NCBI GenBank assembly: GCA_963790475.1
Contig: CAWBOS010000010.1
Span: 352,001-416,000, forward strand
DNA length: 64,000 bases
Source of the DNA: an uncultured delta proteobacterium
Lineage (GTDB): Bacteria > Desulfobacterota > RBG-13-43-22
Direction: 5' to 3'
Shown here: one piece after another, positions 35,981 through 46,320 of the stretch
Layout of the letters: the number at the start of each line of letters is the position of its first letter
How positions within the stretch are numbered: position 1 is the first letter of the stretch
The notes under the pieces: model-generated
The model's database searches: none
What the model saw: only the letters and a program-made list of their open reading frames with translations
Told to the model about the DNA's origin: nothing
Program-made: the position numbers and the translations under genes

Positions 35981-36289
35981 CTATCCTTTCAATTCACTGA
36001 CGGTATCGGGTTTAATCTCTCTAAAGCGACGATAGACGGTGATAATGATACTCAGGGCAATGGCCGTCTCGGCCGCGGCCAGACCCATAATGAACAAGGT
36101 AAATACCTGCCCGACAGCGGCATCTTTGGAAAAAAACATATTAAAGGCCATAAAGTTCAGCGCGGCCCCGTTGAGGATCAATTCGGTGGCGACCAACATA
36201 CCGATCAGACTGGTCTGCTGAAGAAGTCCGAAAATCCCGATACAAAAAAGCAAGGCGCCTAAAATTAAATAGGTGATCAGATGTTCCAT
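35981..36289 (-). CDS. nuoK: Complex I subunit K
   Basis: ELILNGA, LAAAETAIAL, ELKG end. Confidence 0.93.
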   Translation of the reverse strand: MEHLITYLILGALLFCIGIFGLLQQTSLIGMLVATELILNGAALNFMAFNMFFSKDAAVGQVFTLFIMGLAAAETAIALSIIITVYRRFREIKPDTVSELKG

Positions 36290-36293
36290 CTGG

Positions 36294-36827
36294 TTAGTCC
36301 CTTTTCTGGCCGATCCCGGCGATCATGATGGCTCCGATAATGGCAATGGCCAAAAGTAAAGAAATCAGTTCAAAGACCAGAAAATAGCGGGTCAACAATT
36401 GCTGCCCCAGGGTCTTGATGCTCCAGTCGCGGGTGAGGGTTGTCCCCGGCGCCCAGTTAACGCTGAAAATCATTTGGACCATTCCGGCAAAGACCACCAC
36501 ACTGACGATCAGGGCGGCAATGACCTTGGTTACTCTCTTTTTCGGTTGGTCCAGTTCCAAAGGCGGGGAAAGCATAATGGCAAAAATATAAGTGATACAG
36601 ATGGCCCCGACATAAATCAATAACTGCATTACGGCCACGAATTGACTGCCTAAGAATAAATAAATGCCGGCTACCCCGAACATGGATAAGGCCAGCCCCA
36701 AAATATTATGAAGGATTTTGGGGAAAGTGACGGCAATAAAGGCCCCAGCCAGGGTGAAAACAACCATGAGCCAGAAGGCCACCTGGGCGACGATGATCGG
36801 CGGTATGAAATCGGAGATGGTAGTCAT
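36294..36827 (-). CDS. nuoJ: Complex I subunit J
   Basis: QLLIYVGAI, FELISLLL..AIIGA. Confidence 0.92.
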   Translation of the reverse strand: MTTISDFIPPIIVAQVAFWLMVVFTLAGAFIAVTFPKILHNILGLALSMFGVAGIYLFLGSQFVAVMQLLIYVGAICITYIFAIMLSPPLELDQPKKRVTKVIAALIVSVVVFAGMVQMIFSVNWAPGTTLTRDWSIKTLGQQLLTRYFLVFELISLLLAIAIIGAIMIAGIGQKRD

Positions 36828-37285
36828 GGTCTTTCCTCTAATTCTCGCATGAGGTCGATAACCGTATTCCAGCGCCCATAATAGACCAGTTCATATTCGC
36901 TTGAGAACTTAAGGGTTTGTTCCGGGCAGACATCGACACACAGGCCGCACAGGCTGCACTTGGAGAAATCGATGATATATTGACGACCGAATTTCTTATC
37001 GCCGGCCCTGGTCTTTTCCCCCTGAAGCTTGATGACATGGGAAGGACAGGTCCGGGCACATAAACCGCAGGCCACGCAATGATGGGTCTTGGTGTCGTCA
37101 AAGCGGATGAACTCGGTGTGCCCCCGGAAACTCGGAGTCATGGTCAACTTTTGTCTGGGGTATTGGACAGTAATAATGGGCTTAAAAAGCCTCTTGATGG
37201 TGACGCCCAGGCCGATGATCAGACTCTTGGCCCCGACCACTATATCGACGATGTATTGTATAAATGGATTAGCAGGGGATTTCAT
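36824..37285 (-). CDS. nuoI: Complex I subunit I
   Basis: TVQYP, CVACGLCARTCP, CSLCGLCVDVCP. Confidence 0.93.
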   Translation of the reverse strand: MKSPANPFIQYIVDIVVGAKSLIIGLGVTIKRLFKPIITVQYPRQKLTMTPSFRGHTEFIRFDDTKTHHCVACGLCARTCPSHVIKLQGEKTRAGDKKFGRQYIIDFSKCSLCGLCVDVCPEQTLKFSSEYELVYYGRWNTVIDLMRELEERP

Positions 37286-37286
37286 C

Positions 37287-38279
37287 TTATAGGACCTTAA
37301 GGAAAATGGCGGTAACCAATAGGTTTAGCAAGGAGATCGGTATCAAAACCTTCCAGGCGAAATTCATCAGTTGATCGAAACGAATGCGGGGGAAGCTCCA
37401 GCGGGCCCAGTAAACAACGAATATCAGGGCAAAGACTTTAATCAGGAACCAGATTACTCCGGGAAGAAGGGGCCCATGCCAACCTCCCAGAAAAAGGACC
37501 GTAGCCATGGAAGCGGCAATAAACATATTGGTATATTCAGCCAGGAAATACATTCCAAAGCGCATTCCCGTATATTCGGTATGAAACCCGGAAACCAGTT
37601 CCGATTCGGCTTCCACCAGGTCAAAAGGGGCCCGGTTGGTTTCCGCCGTGGTGGAAATGATAAAAATCAGCGCGGCGATGGGTTGATAAAGAATATACCA
37701 GACCGGGCTCTGGGCGGCGACGATTGCACTCATTTTAAAAGAATTGGTCATGATAATGACCGACATGGTGGACAGCAACAAGGGGATTTCATAGGCCACG
37801 TTTTGGGCCACCGAGCGCACCGCCCCGATCAGAGAATATTTATTATTAGAGGCCCAGCCGGCCATCAAGACCGACAAGACCGTCAGACTGGAAAAGGAAA
37901 AGATCAGTAAGATGCCCACGTTCAAATCCTTGACCTGCATCAGGGGCCCGAAGGGAATGACCACAAAACCGACAAAGGCCGGGATGAAGATGGTAATCGG
38001 GGCCAGCCAGTAAAGGAATTTATCGGCCAGTTTGGGGGTGATCATTTCCTTGCCCAGCATTTTAACGGCATCAGCCAGGTTCTGAAGGATCCCGTGGGGC
38101 CCCACCTCCATAAAGGCGGGCCTGAGCTGGAGGTGAGAACAGACCTTCATCTCAAACCAGACCATCCAGACTACGTTCAAAGGGACAAAGAGTAAAAGAA
38201 TCAATAGTCCGATTAGCCCAACCGTAATATCGGGGCCGAGGAAAGCGTATACGTCATTGATGAGTTGTGTCATATTCAC
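37287..38279 (-). CDS. nuoH: Complex I subunit H
   Basis: [47 protein letters not shown]. Confidence 0.95.
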   Translation of the reverse strand: MNMTQLINDVYAFLGPDITVGLIGLLILLLFVPLNVVWMVWFEMKVCSHLQLRPAFMEVGPHGILQNLADAVKMLGKEMITPKLADKFLYWLAPITIFIPAFVGFVVIPFGPLMQVKDLNVGILLIFSFSSLTVLSVLMAGWASNNKYSLIGAVRSVAQNVAYEIPLLLSTMSVIIMTNSFKMSAIVAAQSPVWYILYQPIAALIFIISTTAETNRAPFDLVEAESELVSGFHTEYTGMRFGMYFLAEYTNMFIAASMATVLFLGGWHGPLLPGVIWFLIKVFALIFVVYWARWSFPRIRFDQLMNFAWKVLIPISLLNLLVTAIFLKVL

Positions 38280-39403
38280 CGGTCGATCTCCGGAACGGTT
38301 ACATCGATACTGCCGAAAATGGCAACGACATCAGCCAGGAAATGTCCAGGGCAAATTTTGGACATGACAAACAAGTTAGAAAAAGAAGGGGCACGGACCT
38401 TGATCCGATAGGGGATGCGCGACCCGTCGCTGACGATATAAAACCCAACGGCACCCCGGGCACTTTCAAAGGCAAAATAACAATCGCCCTCCGGCGGGGT
38501 GACAAACCGGGGTACCTTGGAGCGGATGGGGCCGGGCGGCAAATGATCCAGGGCCTGTTCGATGATATTCAGGCTTTGTTCAAATTCGGCCATCCGGACC
38601 AGGTAACGGGCCAGACAGTCGCCTTCTTCCCGGATCGGGACCTCAAATTTAAATTCCGGATAAATCGAATAGGGTTCGTTCTTGCGAACGTCGTATTTAA
38701 CACCCGAACCTCGTAGGGTGGGACCGGTAACCCCGAATTCCAGGGCCGTTTCTTTGGTAATGACCCCGACGTTTTGGGAACGTTTAATAAAGATGATGTT
38801 CCCGGTGATCAGATCATGATAATCCTTTAACCGACCTCGAAAGCGGTCGATAAAACGGCGGGTCCCATCGTAAAACTCCTGGGTGATATCATTGCGGACC
38901 CCCCCGAAGCGGCCGTAACTGTAGGTCAGCCGGGACCCGGCAATCATTTCCAGAAGATCCAATATATGTTCCCGGTCATCCCATCCATAGACGAAAGGGG
39001 TGATGGCCCCCAGACCCATGACAAAATCCATGGCCCCGATTAAATGGCTGGCGATCCGGTTCAGTTCCGAGGTGATGACCCGAATGAATTCCGCTCTCCT
39101 GGGGACCTCGATCCCACAGAGTTTTTCCACGGCCATACAATACCCGTGATTGAAGATCATGCCCGATAGATAATCCATTCGGGCCGGGTTGGGTAAAAAT
39201 TGTTCATAAATCCGGTTTTCGGCCATTTTTTCGTGGCCCCGGTGAGAATAGCCGATGATGGGTTCACAGGAGACCACTACCTCGCCGTCCAGGGTCAATA
39301 AAAAGTGCATGACCCCGTGGGTACTCGGATGTTGAGGGCCGAGATTGAGTTGATAGACCCTTTGACTTTGGGTTGCATCGTCTATGGTTCTTTTGTTCAG
39401 CAT
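38276..39403 (-). CDS. nuoD: Complex I subunit D
   Basis: [23 protein letters not shown] end. No Ni-binding CxxC pairs. Confidence 0.93.
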   Translation of the reverse strand: MLNKRTIDDATQSQRVYQLNLGPQHPSTHGVMHFLLTLDGEVVVSCEPIIGYSHRGHEKMAENRIYEQFLPNPARMDYLSGMIFNHGYCMAVEKLCGIEVPRRAEFIRVITSELNRIASHLIGAMDFVMGLGAITPFVYGWDDREHILDLLEMIAGSRLTYSYGRFGGVRNDITQEFYDGTRRFIDRFRGRLKDYHDLITGNIIFIKRSQNVGVITKETALEFGVTGPTLRGSGVKYDVRKNEPYSIYPEFKFEVPIREEGDCLARYLVRMAEFEQSLNIIEQALDHLPPGPIRSKVPRFVTPPEGDCYFAFESARGAVGFYIVSDGSRIPYRIKVRAPSFSNLFVMSKICPGHFLADVVAIFGSIDVTVPEIDR

Positions 39404-39891
39404 AGGATGTCGTCTATTTCTGCGGTCAATTTGGTCTTGCCGAAGTTCTTCAGTAAAGGGAAATAATCCACATCATCAGGATTGATGATCCTTTTGAGGT
39501 CCGGGTGTTCCTGGAAGCGGATGCCGAAGAAGTCATAGACCTCTCGTTCCAGCCAGATAGCTTCGGGATAAACAGCCGAAACAGAGAACGGGGTGCCGTC
39601 CTTGGGTATTTTGACCCCTGTCTTTAAACGGCAAAAATCTTGATAATAGGTGGAATAAAAATAAACCAATTCAAAATAATCGATAAAATCGACTGCCGTT
39701 ATGGTCTCCAGATAAAACCGCCTGTCCTTCATGACCTGGGCCACCCGCCGCATCCCTACCTGATCCAAACGGACCTCCAGGTGATAACCGGTTCGGGAAT
39801 AGTCGCTTTCCATGACTTGCCCTTCAGGGAGGGTTTGAGTCAGGTTATTTTCTAGATCTTCGAGCAGCTTTTTCTGCCCTGACGTTGGCAT
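39397..39891 (-). CDS. nuoC: Complex I subunit C
   Basis: A.WLEREVYDFFGIRF..HPDLKRI..FPLLK. Confidence 0.9.
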   Translation of the reverse strand: MPTSGQKKLLEDLENNLTQTLPEGQVMESDYSRTGYHLEVRLDQVGMRRVAQVMKDRRFYLETITAVDFIDYFELVYFYSTYYQDFCRLKTGVKIPKDGTPFSVSAVYPEAIWLEREVYDFFGIRFQEHPDLKRIINPDDVDYFPLLKNFGKTKLTAEIDDILC

Positions 39892-40411
39892 CTATAATTC
39901 CTTTGCTCATCTTGGTTTGTAATTTAAGCAATCCCTGGATCAGACCTTCCGGGCGGGGTGGGCAACCGGGGATATAGATATCCACCGGGATGATTTTATC
40001 CGCCCCGTTGACAATGGCATACTGTCCGTCATAAGAAAAAGGTCCCCCGGAGATGGCGCAATTGCCCATGGCAATGACCCATTTCGGCCCGGGCATCTGA
40101 TCATAGAGGGTCTTGATGGTCGGGACCAGTTTATGAGGAATGGTCCCGGCAATAATCATGATGTCGGATTGGCGGGGAGTAGCTCTGGGGATCATCCCAA
40201 AACGCATAACATCAAAACGGGCCATGCTGGGGGCCATCATTTCTATGGCACAGCAGGCGATTCCAAAGGTCAGAAACCAGGGCGAATTGACCCGGACTAT
40301 ATTAATAAGATCCTGTACCGGGACAAATCCCACAACGGCTGATGTTTCTTTTGTGTCTTTCCTGACATCTCGAGAGGGGATGCAGATGGGGGCGTTTGGC
40401 TTTACTTCCAT
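39845..40411 (-). CDS. nuoB: Complex I subunit B
   Basis: GIACCAIEM, PRQSD, MGNCA, PGCPPRPE. Confidence 0.95.
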   Translation of the reverse strand: MEVKPNAPICIPSRDVRKDTKETSAVVGFVPVQDLINIVRVNSPWFLTFGIACCAIEMMAPSMARFDVMRFGMIPRATPRQSDIMIIAGTIPHKLVPTIKTLYDQMPGPKWVIAMGNCAISGGPFSYDGQYAIVNGADKIIPVDIYIPGCPPRPEGLIQGLLKLQTKMSKGIIDANVRAEKAARRSRK

Positions 40412-40785
40412 TTAAAAACTCCTTTACGCCAGGAATAGACGATGGCTAAGGTCAAAATAAACAGAAAGATAAATAATTCAATCAGTTCGTAAAAGGCGGT
40501 TCCTCTCTGGTAGGCAAGCAGTACCGGGAAGAGATAAAGGACATCCACATCGAAGGCCAGGAAGATCAGGGCAAAAAGATAATAAGAGGCCCCGAATTGC
40601 ATCCAGGCGGTTCGTAGTGGTGCCACCCCGCTTTCATAGGTCGCATCCCTTTTTTCACCCCACATCCTTGGACCGAGCACGAAGTTGATAACGATCATAG
40701 CCAAGGGCATAAGGATGCCGACCAGGAAGAATATGAAGACGAACAAAAAATCGCCGAGACCGGCTTGTAACATTTGAGAAAACAC
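40402..40785 (-). CDS. nuoA: Complex I subunit A
   Basis: YESG..P, YYLFALIFLAFDVD, WRKGVFKW. GTG start after AAGGAG. Confidence 0.93.
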   Translation of the reverse strand: MFSQMLQAGLGDFLFVFIFFLVGILMPLAMIVINFVLGPRMWGEKRDATYESGVAPLRTAWMQFGASYYLFALIFLAFDVDVLYLFPVLLAYQRGTAFYELIELFIFLFILTLAIVYSWRKGVFKWK

Positions 40786-40937
40786 TTAATTATTACTCCT
40801 TAAGGTCTTCAAGGTTCTCTTAAAGTCTCTGTTGTTTTCAAGCCCGTTAGAGCTCAAAAATGTCATGGTCGTATTACCTGTTCGAAAGGGTTTTTGTCAA
40901 GGAAAAAAATAAAAAGACTCCCCAGAATTTACTATTT

Positions 40938-41882
40938 TTAATCCACCGCATTTTGGGATACCCAGATTTTGGCTTGTTCGATATCTTTATTGATCTGGGT
41001 CTTCAAGGCTTCGGGGCCGGAGAATGTCCTCTCACCCCGGAGCCGTTTGAGAAAAAATACTTTAATATTCTTGCCATAGAGGTCATCCTTAAAGTTAAAA
41101 ATAAAGGTTTCTATGGAGATTGTTTTGCCGTCGGCAAAGGTGGGGTTGAAGCCGACATTGGTTACCCCATAAAAAAAACCTTGAGGACTTTCGACCCGGA
41201 CCACATAAACGCCGCGCTGGGGGATCAGTTTTTCATTGGGATTCAGATTGGCTGTGGGAAATCCCAAAAGAGATCGGCCGATTCCTTTGCCGGGGATGAT
41301 TGTTCCCGTGAGGGTGAACGGTCGGCCCAGAAGGAGTTTGGCCTCCTCCATGGCCCCGGAGGTAATCAATTCCCGGACGCGGGTACTGCTGACTAAATGA
41401 TTGCCAACAGTTACCGGTGGATGGATATGGACTTTGAATCCTAAATTTTCACCCAATTCTTTAAGAAGATGGATGTTGCCTTCCCGTTTTTTCCCGAAGG
41501 TATAGTCATACCCGACCACGATCTCTTTCATTCCGATGCGGTTGACCAGGATGTCCTGGACAAAACTCTTAGCCGGGACCTGGGAAAACTCCCGGGTAAA
41601 AGGGATGGACAGGACCGCCTCGATCCCGTATTGGAAAATCAGGTCGACTTTATTGTCGTCGGAGACGATCTGTTTGAGGGATTTGCCGGGTCTCAAGATC
41701 TGGGCCGGGTGAGGGTGAAAGGTAATGACCATAGAAGTCCCTTTTATGGCCTTGGCCCGTTCCAGGACTTTTTTTATCAAGCTCTGATGACCCAAATGAA
41801 TGCCGTCAAAGTTTCCGATAGTCAGAACCGGGGCTTTTAACGGTTTGGTGATTTGATTGATATCGGAAAAATAAGTGCCCAT
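40938..41882 (-). CDS. ribF: Riboflavin kinase / FAD synthetase
   Basis: TIGNFDGIHLGHQ, VSSTRVR, GFPTAN, NVGFNPTF. Confidence 0.95.
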   Translation of the reverse strand: MGTYFSDINQITKPLKAPVLTIGNFDGIHLGHQSLIKKVLERAKAIKGTSMVITFHPHPAQILRPGKSLKQIVSDDNKVDLIFQYGIEAVLSIPFTREFSQVPAKSFVQDILVNRIGMKEIVVGYDYTFGKKREGNIHLLKELGENLGFKVHIHPPVTVGNHLVSSTRVRELITSGAMEEAKLLLGRPFTLTGTIIPGKGIGRSLLGFPTANLNPNEKLIPQRGVYVVRVESPQGFFYGVTNVGFNPTFADGKTISIETFIFNFKDDLYGKNIKVFFLKRLRGERTFSGPEALKTQINKDIEQAKIWVSQNAVD

Positions 41883-41989
41883 AGGTTTTTTACGATCGTA
41901 ACGAATCAAATTTTTAGGCTGAGGGGCATTAATAAAGATCGCTTGACAGGCATCAGGAGATTAAGACTGTAAAGGATTTTTCTCTTTTA

Positions 41990-42022
41990 GCCTCTTGCCT
42001 ATCGCCTCACACCTCTCGCCTG
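41990..42022. repeat. Heptamer array (GCCTNTN-type; reverse complement of the 32350 family)
   Basis: GCCTCTT GCCTATC GCCTCAC ACCTCTC GCCTG. Confidence 0.7.
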
Positions 42023-42040
42023 ATTTTTGAATGAATCCCC

Positions 42041-42069
42041 TTGACAGTTTTAAAATATTCATTTATATT
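42041..42069 (+). promoter_or_regulatory. Sigma70 promoter for tRNA-Leu
   Basis: TTGACA-17 nt-TATATT. Confidence 0.7.
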
Positions 42070-42103
42070 TTTAAAAATAATAAAAATCAATTAAATAATG
42101 ATT

Positions 42104-42190
42104 GCCGAAGTGGCGGAATTGGTAGACGCGCTAGGTTCAGGGTCTAGTAGGTGAACACCTGTAGGGGTTCGAGTCCCCTCTTCGGCACCA
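42104..42190 (+). tRNA. tRNA-Leu(CAG)
   Basis: Acceptor GCCGAAG/CTTCGGC plus ACCA, D-loop TGGTAGA, anticodon arm CTAGG-TTCAGGG-TCTAG, long variable arm, GGTTCGAGTCC. Confidence 0.97.
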
Positions 42191-42199
42191 GGTGATTAG

Positions 42200-42238
42200 A
42201 AGCGGGTAAGCTTTCAATAGCTTGCCCGTTTTCATTTT
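42200..42238 (+). terminator. Intrinsic terminator after the tRNA
   Basis: AAGCGGGTAAGCT-TTCAAT-AGCTTGCCCGTTT followed by TCATTTT. Confidence 0.75.
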
Positions 42239-42349
42239 GGGAAGGTTGCGAAAGGTCAGAAGGGTTGTCGGCGTGACGAGTGGGAAATCGACAACCTGGT
42301 TTATTTCAGCCTATTCTTTGTTGGAAGCCTGATTTCCGAAACCGGTAAT

Positions 42350-42981
42350 TTCTTTTAGGTAAACCCCCGGCTCTGCCGGGGGACTCCCAGAGTTTGACAA
42401 TTCCGGGAGAATAAGAAAGCCTCCAACCTGTGAACCGCTCAAGTTTACAGAGGAGGAGGCTTTCCATGAAAAACGAACAAAGTTTAACCCATACGAAGTG
42501 GGAATGCAAATACCATATTGTCTGGATACCGAAGTATCGGAAGAAAAAATTATACGGGCAAGTACGAAAATATTTAGGGGCGCTATTCAAGGACTTGGCC
42601 ATCCAGCGTGAATGTACGATTATCGAAGGGCATTTACAACCGGACCATGTCCACATTTTAATCTCGATACCTCCGAAATATGCTGTTTCGCAAGTAGTTG
42701 GGTATCTCAAAGGCAAAAGCGCCATTCAAGTAGCCCGAGCCTATTTGGGGCGAAGAAAGAATTTCAGTGGCCAGAATTTTTGGGCTCGGGGTTATTTTGT
42801 TTCAACCGTGGGCAAAGATGAAGATGAAACACGGTTATATATAAAGACTCAAGAAAAGGAAGATCAACGTCTCGATCAACTCCTTTTGTTCGATGAAGAA
42901 CCACCTTCAGGTGGTCAATAAATAATCCGCTTTGAGCGGTTCACAATTTCAAGCCTCCGGCTTTGCCGGAGGTCTGGTGAC
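42350..42981 (+). mobile_element. IS200/IS605-family element B, copy 2
   Basis: Near-identical to 3180-3811. Inserted 3' of TAAT (42346-42349), ends TGAC, no TSD. Confidence 0.95.
42466..42921 (+). CDS. tnpA: Y1 HUH transposase TnpA
   Basis: Same protein as 3296-3751 except K3N. Confidence 0.95.
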   Translation: MKNEQSLTHTKWECKYHIVWIPKYRKKKLYGQVRKYLGALFKDLAIQRECTIIEGHLQPDHVHILISIPPKYAVSQVVGYLKGKSAIQVARAYLGRRKNFSGQNFWARGYFVSTVGKDEDETRLYIKTQEKEDQRLDQLLLFDEEPPSGGQ

Positions 42982-43121
42982 TCCCACCTTTGAATGGGAT
43001 CCAACTGGTAATAGACGGCATACCGGATCTGGCCTTCTTCAGCGAATCCAGGACTTCCCCCGGTATTCCCGACAACTGCGCTGGGGACCCCGATACCAAC
43101 GAAAATCTTTCCGAAATTGCC

Positions 43122-43388
43122 TTATTTCTCTTGAGATGCTACGATATATTCAGCCATGGTTTTTATAGAGGTGAATATCTTGCGCGCTTCTTTTGGGTTT
43201 TCGATCTTAATACCGTAATTTTTTTCCAAATACATGACCAGCTCCATCGCATCGATAGAATCAAGACCCAACCCGTCTCCGAAAAGAGGCGCTTCCGTTT
43301 CAATTTCTTCCGGTGTAAGTTCTAACAGGTTCAGCAGGGATATGATATCTTCCTTCAGTTTGAGAATCAGTTCCTCCATGGTTTTCAT
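43122..43388 (-). CDS. Acyl carrier protein (aryl-polyene/ladderane-like type)
   Basis: PLFGDGLGLDSIDAMEL phosphopantetheine site. Confidence 0.9.
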   Translation of the reverse strand: MKTMEELILKLKEDIISLLNLLELTPEEIETEAPLFGDGLGLDSIDAMELVMYLEKNYGIKIENPKEARKIFTSIKTMAEYIVASQEK

Positions 43389-43504
43389 TTTCCTTTAAAT
43401 AGTTTTTCCAAGTTCAAAGGGTAGAAGCTAACACATTCTTTAAATTTTTTAAATCTTTTTATCCTGTCTTCCTGCTCAACCATAAACAGAAAGGATAGAA
43501 ATGG

Positions 43505-43534
43505 TTGACTATTGAGCGTCAGAGGCAGTACAAT
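43505..43534 (+). promoter_or_regulatory. Putative sigma70 promoter for the MBL-fold gene
   Basis: TTGACT-18 nt-TACAAT. Confidence 0.45.
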
Positions 43535-43645
43535 TATCAATAATATAGCTATAGCACTAACGACGAGGGCTCAGACCAGCGTCAATGTGCAAGCTCGCTT
43601 TTGAAAAATAGAATTCCCCTTGCTTCATAAATATATTTCCCCGAA

Positions 43646-43693
43646 AAAATCCCCCCGTCCCCCCTTTGAAAAAGGGGAGCGCAGGGGGATTTT
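43646..43693. repeat. REP-like palindrome
   Basis: AAAATCCCCC..CCCCTTTGAAAAAGGGG..GGGGGATTTT nested inverted repeat. Confidence 0.6.
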
Positions 43694-43711
43694 AATAGGT
43701 GTAGGGCTTTC

Positions 43712-44620
43712 ATGGATCAAATTCTAGAAGGACTTTATCGCTTGGGAAGTCCCGAGTTTCCTGCTTTTCTCGTGGTTGGGAGCCATCGCCTTGTCCAGGT
43801 CGATGCCGGGCCTGCCTTCATGGGGCCGGTGTATCTCCAAGACATCCAAAAAGTGCTGAGGAACGGAAGAGGTCCGGGCTTTCTTTTCCATACCCATTCC
43901 CATTTCGACCATGTAGGCAGCACCCCCTTTCTGCAGCGGCAGTTTCCGGATATAAAAATAGGCGGCAGCGAAACGTTCGCCAGGCGGCTCTCTCAGACAA
44001 AGACTGCGAAAACCATAGCGGATCTCAACCGTGGGCTTGTCCAGAAAAATAATATGGACAGGGCCTTTATCCCCGGGGATTTTGACTACAGCCTTCTAAC
44101 CGTCGAACAGATTCTTAAAGACGGGGATTTTGTTGATCTGGGAGGCGGGGCATCGCTTGAGGTCATCGCCACCCCCGGCCACACCAGCGACAGCCTGAGC
44201 TTCTTTCTGCCCCACCTGGAGGCCGTGCTGGCGGGCGATGCGCTTGGAATCATGCCGGGAGATGATTCCTGGGTGGCGCCCCAGTTTCTATCCAGCTATG
44301 AGGACTATCTCGACTCCATCGAGCGGATCCGGAAGAGAGCGCCGAAAACCATCCTGTTGGGTCATCACTCCGTGGTGCTCCAAGCGGAAGGCGAAAGATT
44401 TTTCAATGCCGCTGTGGCCGACTGTCGGGCGTTTCGGGAAATGATCGAACAGTACCTGAAGCAATCCCAGATGAAGGAAGAACTTGTCGTCCAGCGTATC
44501 CAGGCCGCTGAGTATCAAACGCTTCGAGGGGGCAAACAGCCCGAGGCGGCTTTTCTTTTAAATCTCACCGCCCAGGTTCGCTTGATCGCTATAGCAATGA
44601 AAAGGGACAGGTCCGACTGA
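43712..44620 (+). CDS. MBL-fold metallo-hydrolase
   Basis: THSHFDH, TPGHT, GD, GHH. Confidence 0.9.
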   Translation: MDQILEGLYRLGSPEFPAFLVVGSHRLVQVDAGPAFMGPVYLQDIQKVLRNGRGPGFLFHTHSHFDHVGSTPFLQRQFPDIKIGGSETFARRLSQTKTAKTIADLNRGLVQKNNMDRAFIPGDFDYSLLTVEQILKDGDFVDLGGGASLEVIATPGHTSDSLSFFLPHLEAVLAGDALGIMPGDDSWVAPQFLSSYEDYLDSIERIRKRAPKTILLGHHSVVLQAEGERFFNAAVADCRAFREMIEQYLKQSQMKEELVVQRIQAAEYQTLRGGKQPEAAFLLNLTAQVRLIAIAMKRDRSD

Positions 44621-44653
44621 TTCTTTTGTTGCTGGTTACTTGTCCAGAATTTG

Positions 44654-44774
44654 CGTTCCCACGCAGGAGTCTGGAAACGATAGAATAGGTCAGCCATCCT
44701 GGCTGACTAAATATAATGGTCAGGCAAGATGCCCGACCTATTTTACTTGAGCTTCAGCCTTCAGTCTTCAGCCT
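44654..44774. repeat. Cluster of REP-like hairpins plus a heptamer array between convergent genes
   Basis: CGTTCCCACGCAGGAGTCTGGAAACG; inverted pair ATAGGTCAGCCATCCTGGCTGAC / GTCAGGCAAGATGCCCGACCTAT; CTTCAGC CTTCAGT CTTCAGC. Confidence 0.7.
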
Positions 44775-44780
44775 GTTTTT

Positions 44781-46307
44781 TTAAACCCCCGGTCCGAGCC
44801 TGTCTTTAAGCTCCCTTTTCAGTATCTTACCGGCACTGTTGCGGGGGAATTCTTTTACAAAAACGACCTTTTTGGGAATCTTAAAGTAGGCAACCTTTTC
44901 AAGGAGGATTTCGAACAGTTTTTCTTCAGTCATGGCAGCGCCTTCGTTCAGCAAAACAAAGGCCGCCACCACTTCGCCCCGCTTGGAATCCGGCATCCCG
45001 ACCGCTGCGGCCTCCGCCACTTGAGGAATTGATTCAATGGCACGCTCCACTTCGGCGGCATAGATATTTTCGCCCGAACTGATAATCATATCGATCTTTC
45101 GGCCGACAATAAAAAGAAACCCCTCACCATCCTGTTTCCCCAGATCGCCGGTGTGGAACCATCCATCGCGGAAAGCCGCCTGCGTCTCCTGCGGCTTATT
45201 CCAGTATTTTAATAAAACGGTGGGGCCTTTTACCACCACCTCTCCAACTTCGCCCTGGGGCACATCCCTGCCGCTGTCGTCCACGATTCGCAAATGGGTG
45301 TGGAATACCTCTTTGCCGACCGAGCCGGCTTTGCGGATGGTGTCTTCGAGATCCAGGGAGGTCAGTCGCAGGGTTTCGGTCATAGCATACCCCTGGGTGA
45401 ACCGGACGCCCTTTTCCTCCTGATACTTGCGGATCAGGTCAATGGACATGGAAGCCCCGCCGGCAATAAAGAAATACACATGGGAAAAATCAGCTCTTTC
45501 CCAGGCCTCGCTTTTGGCCATCATGTCAAACATCACCGGCACCGCAAACATGTAGTTGATTTTTTCAGCGCAGATAAGCTCAACAACTTCCGAAGGGTTG
45601 TCGAAACTTTTGAGAACCAGCGAGCCCCCGGCATAAATGACCGGGGTAGCCGAAGCGGCCAGAGCCCCGATGTGAAAAAGGGGAGCCACTACGAGGGATT
45701 TGCAGTTGGAGCCGATGCCGTAGCCGATCAGAGAATGGATGGCCCCAAAAAGAAAGTTTTCATGCGAAAGCACGGCCCCTTTGGGATCGCCTGTCGTCCC
45801 GGAGGTATACATGATTACCAAGGGATCCTTCAGGGTCAATTCTTCCGCTGGAATCGGTTCTTCCTCCGGAAATGAGGCCGTAAAATCCGAAAGAGAAGGA
45901 TCGCTGGAAAATCCGTCGTCGCCATGCTTGAGATAATGTTCAACCGCCGGGGATGCAGCTTTTAGCCCCTCGGCTTTGTCTGCGAATTCAGTAGAATAGA
46001 TTAGGGCCCGGGGAGCGGCATCTTTGATGATATAACCCATTTCCGGAAGCGCCAGTCTTAAATTAATGGGGACGATCATTGCACCGGTTTTGGCGCAGGC
46101 AAAAAAGACTTCCAGAAATTCGCTGGAATTGACCATCAGGGTGGCCACCCGTTCGCCCTTTTTGACGCCGAGCGCTTTCAACGCCCGGGCGGTTTGGTTC
46201 ACCCGGGCATTGAACTGGTGGTTGTTGAATGCCCGGTCTTCCTGTTTTAGAAAAGGGCGCTGCGGATAAGTCAACGCGCGCTTGTAAATCCACTCTCCTA
46301 TGTTCAT
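44781..46307 (-). CDS. Acyl-CoA/AMP-binding ligase
   Basis: YTSGTTGDPKG, QGYAMTE, WFHTGDLG, ISSGENIY, GKILK. Confidence 0.92.
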   Translation of the reverse strand: MNIGEWIYKRALTYPQRPFLKQEDRAFNNHQFNARVNQTARALKALGVKKGERVATLMVNSSEFLEVFFACAKTGAMIVPINLRLALPEMGYIIKDAAPRALIYSTEFADKAEGLKAASPAVEHYLKHGDDGFSSDPSLSDFTASFPEEEPIPAEELTLKDPLVIMYTSGTTGDPKGAVLSHENFLFGAIHSLIGYGIGSNCKSLVVAPLFHIGALAASATPVIYAGGSLVLKSFDNPSEVVELICAEKINYMFAVPVMFDMMAKSEAWERADFSHVYFFIAGGASMSIDLIRKYQEEKGVRFTQGYAMTETLRLTSLDLEDTIRKAGSVGKEVFHTHLRIVDDSGRDVPQGEVGEVVVKGPTVLLKYWNKPQETQAAFRDGWFHTGDLGKQDGEGFLFIVGRKIDMIISSGENIYAAEVERAIESIPQVAEAAAVGMPDSKRGEVVAAFVLLNEGAAMTEEKLFEILLEKVAYFKIPKKVVFVKEFPRNSAGKILKRELKDRLGPGV

Positions 46308-46320
46308 CGAAATTACTCCT

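Noticed and set aside
38276-39403. Group 4 [NiFe]-hydrogenase large subunit
   Set aside because: No N- or C-terminal CxxC Ni ligands (reads PARMDY and TVPEIDR) and no maturation genes; it is NuoD.
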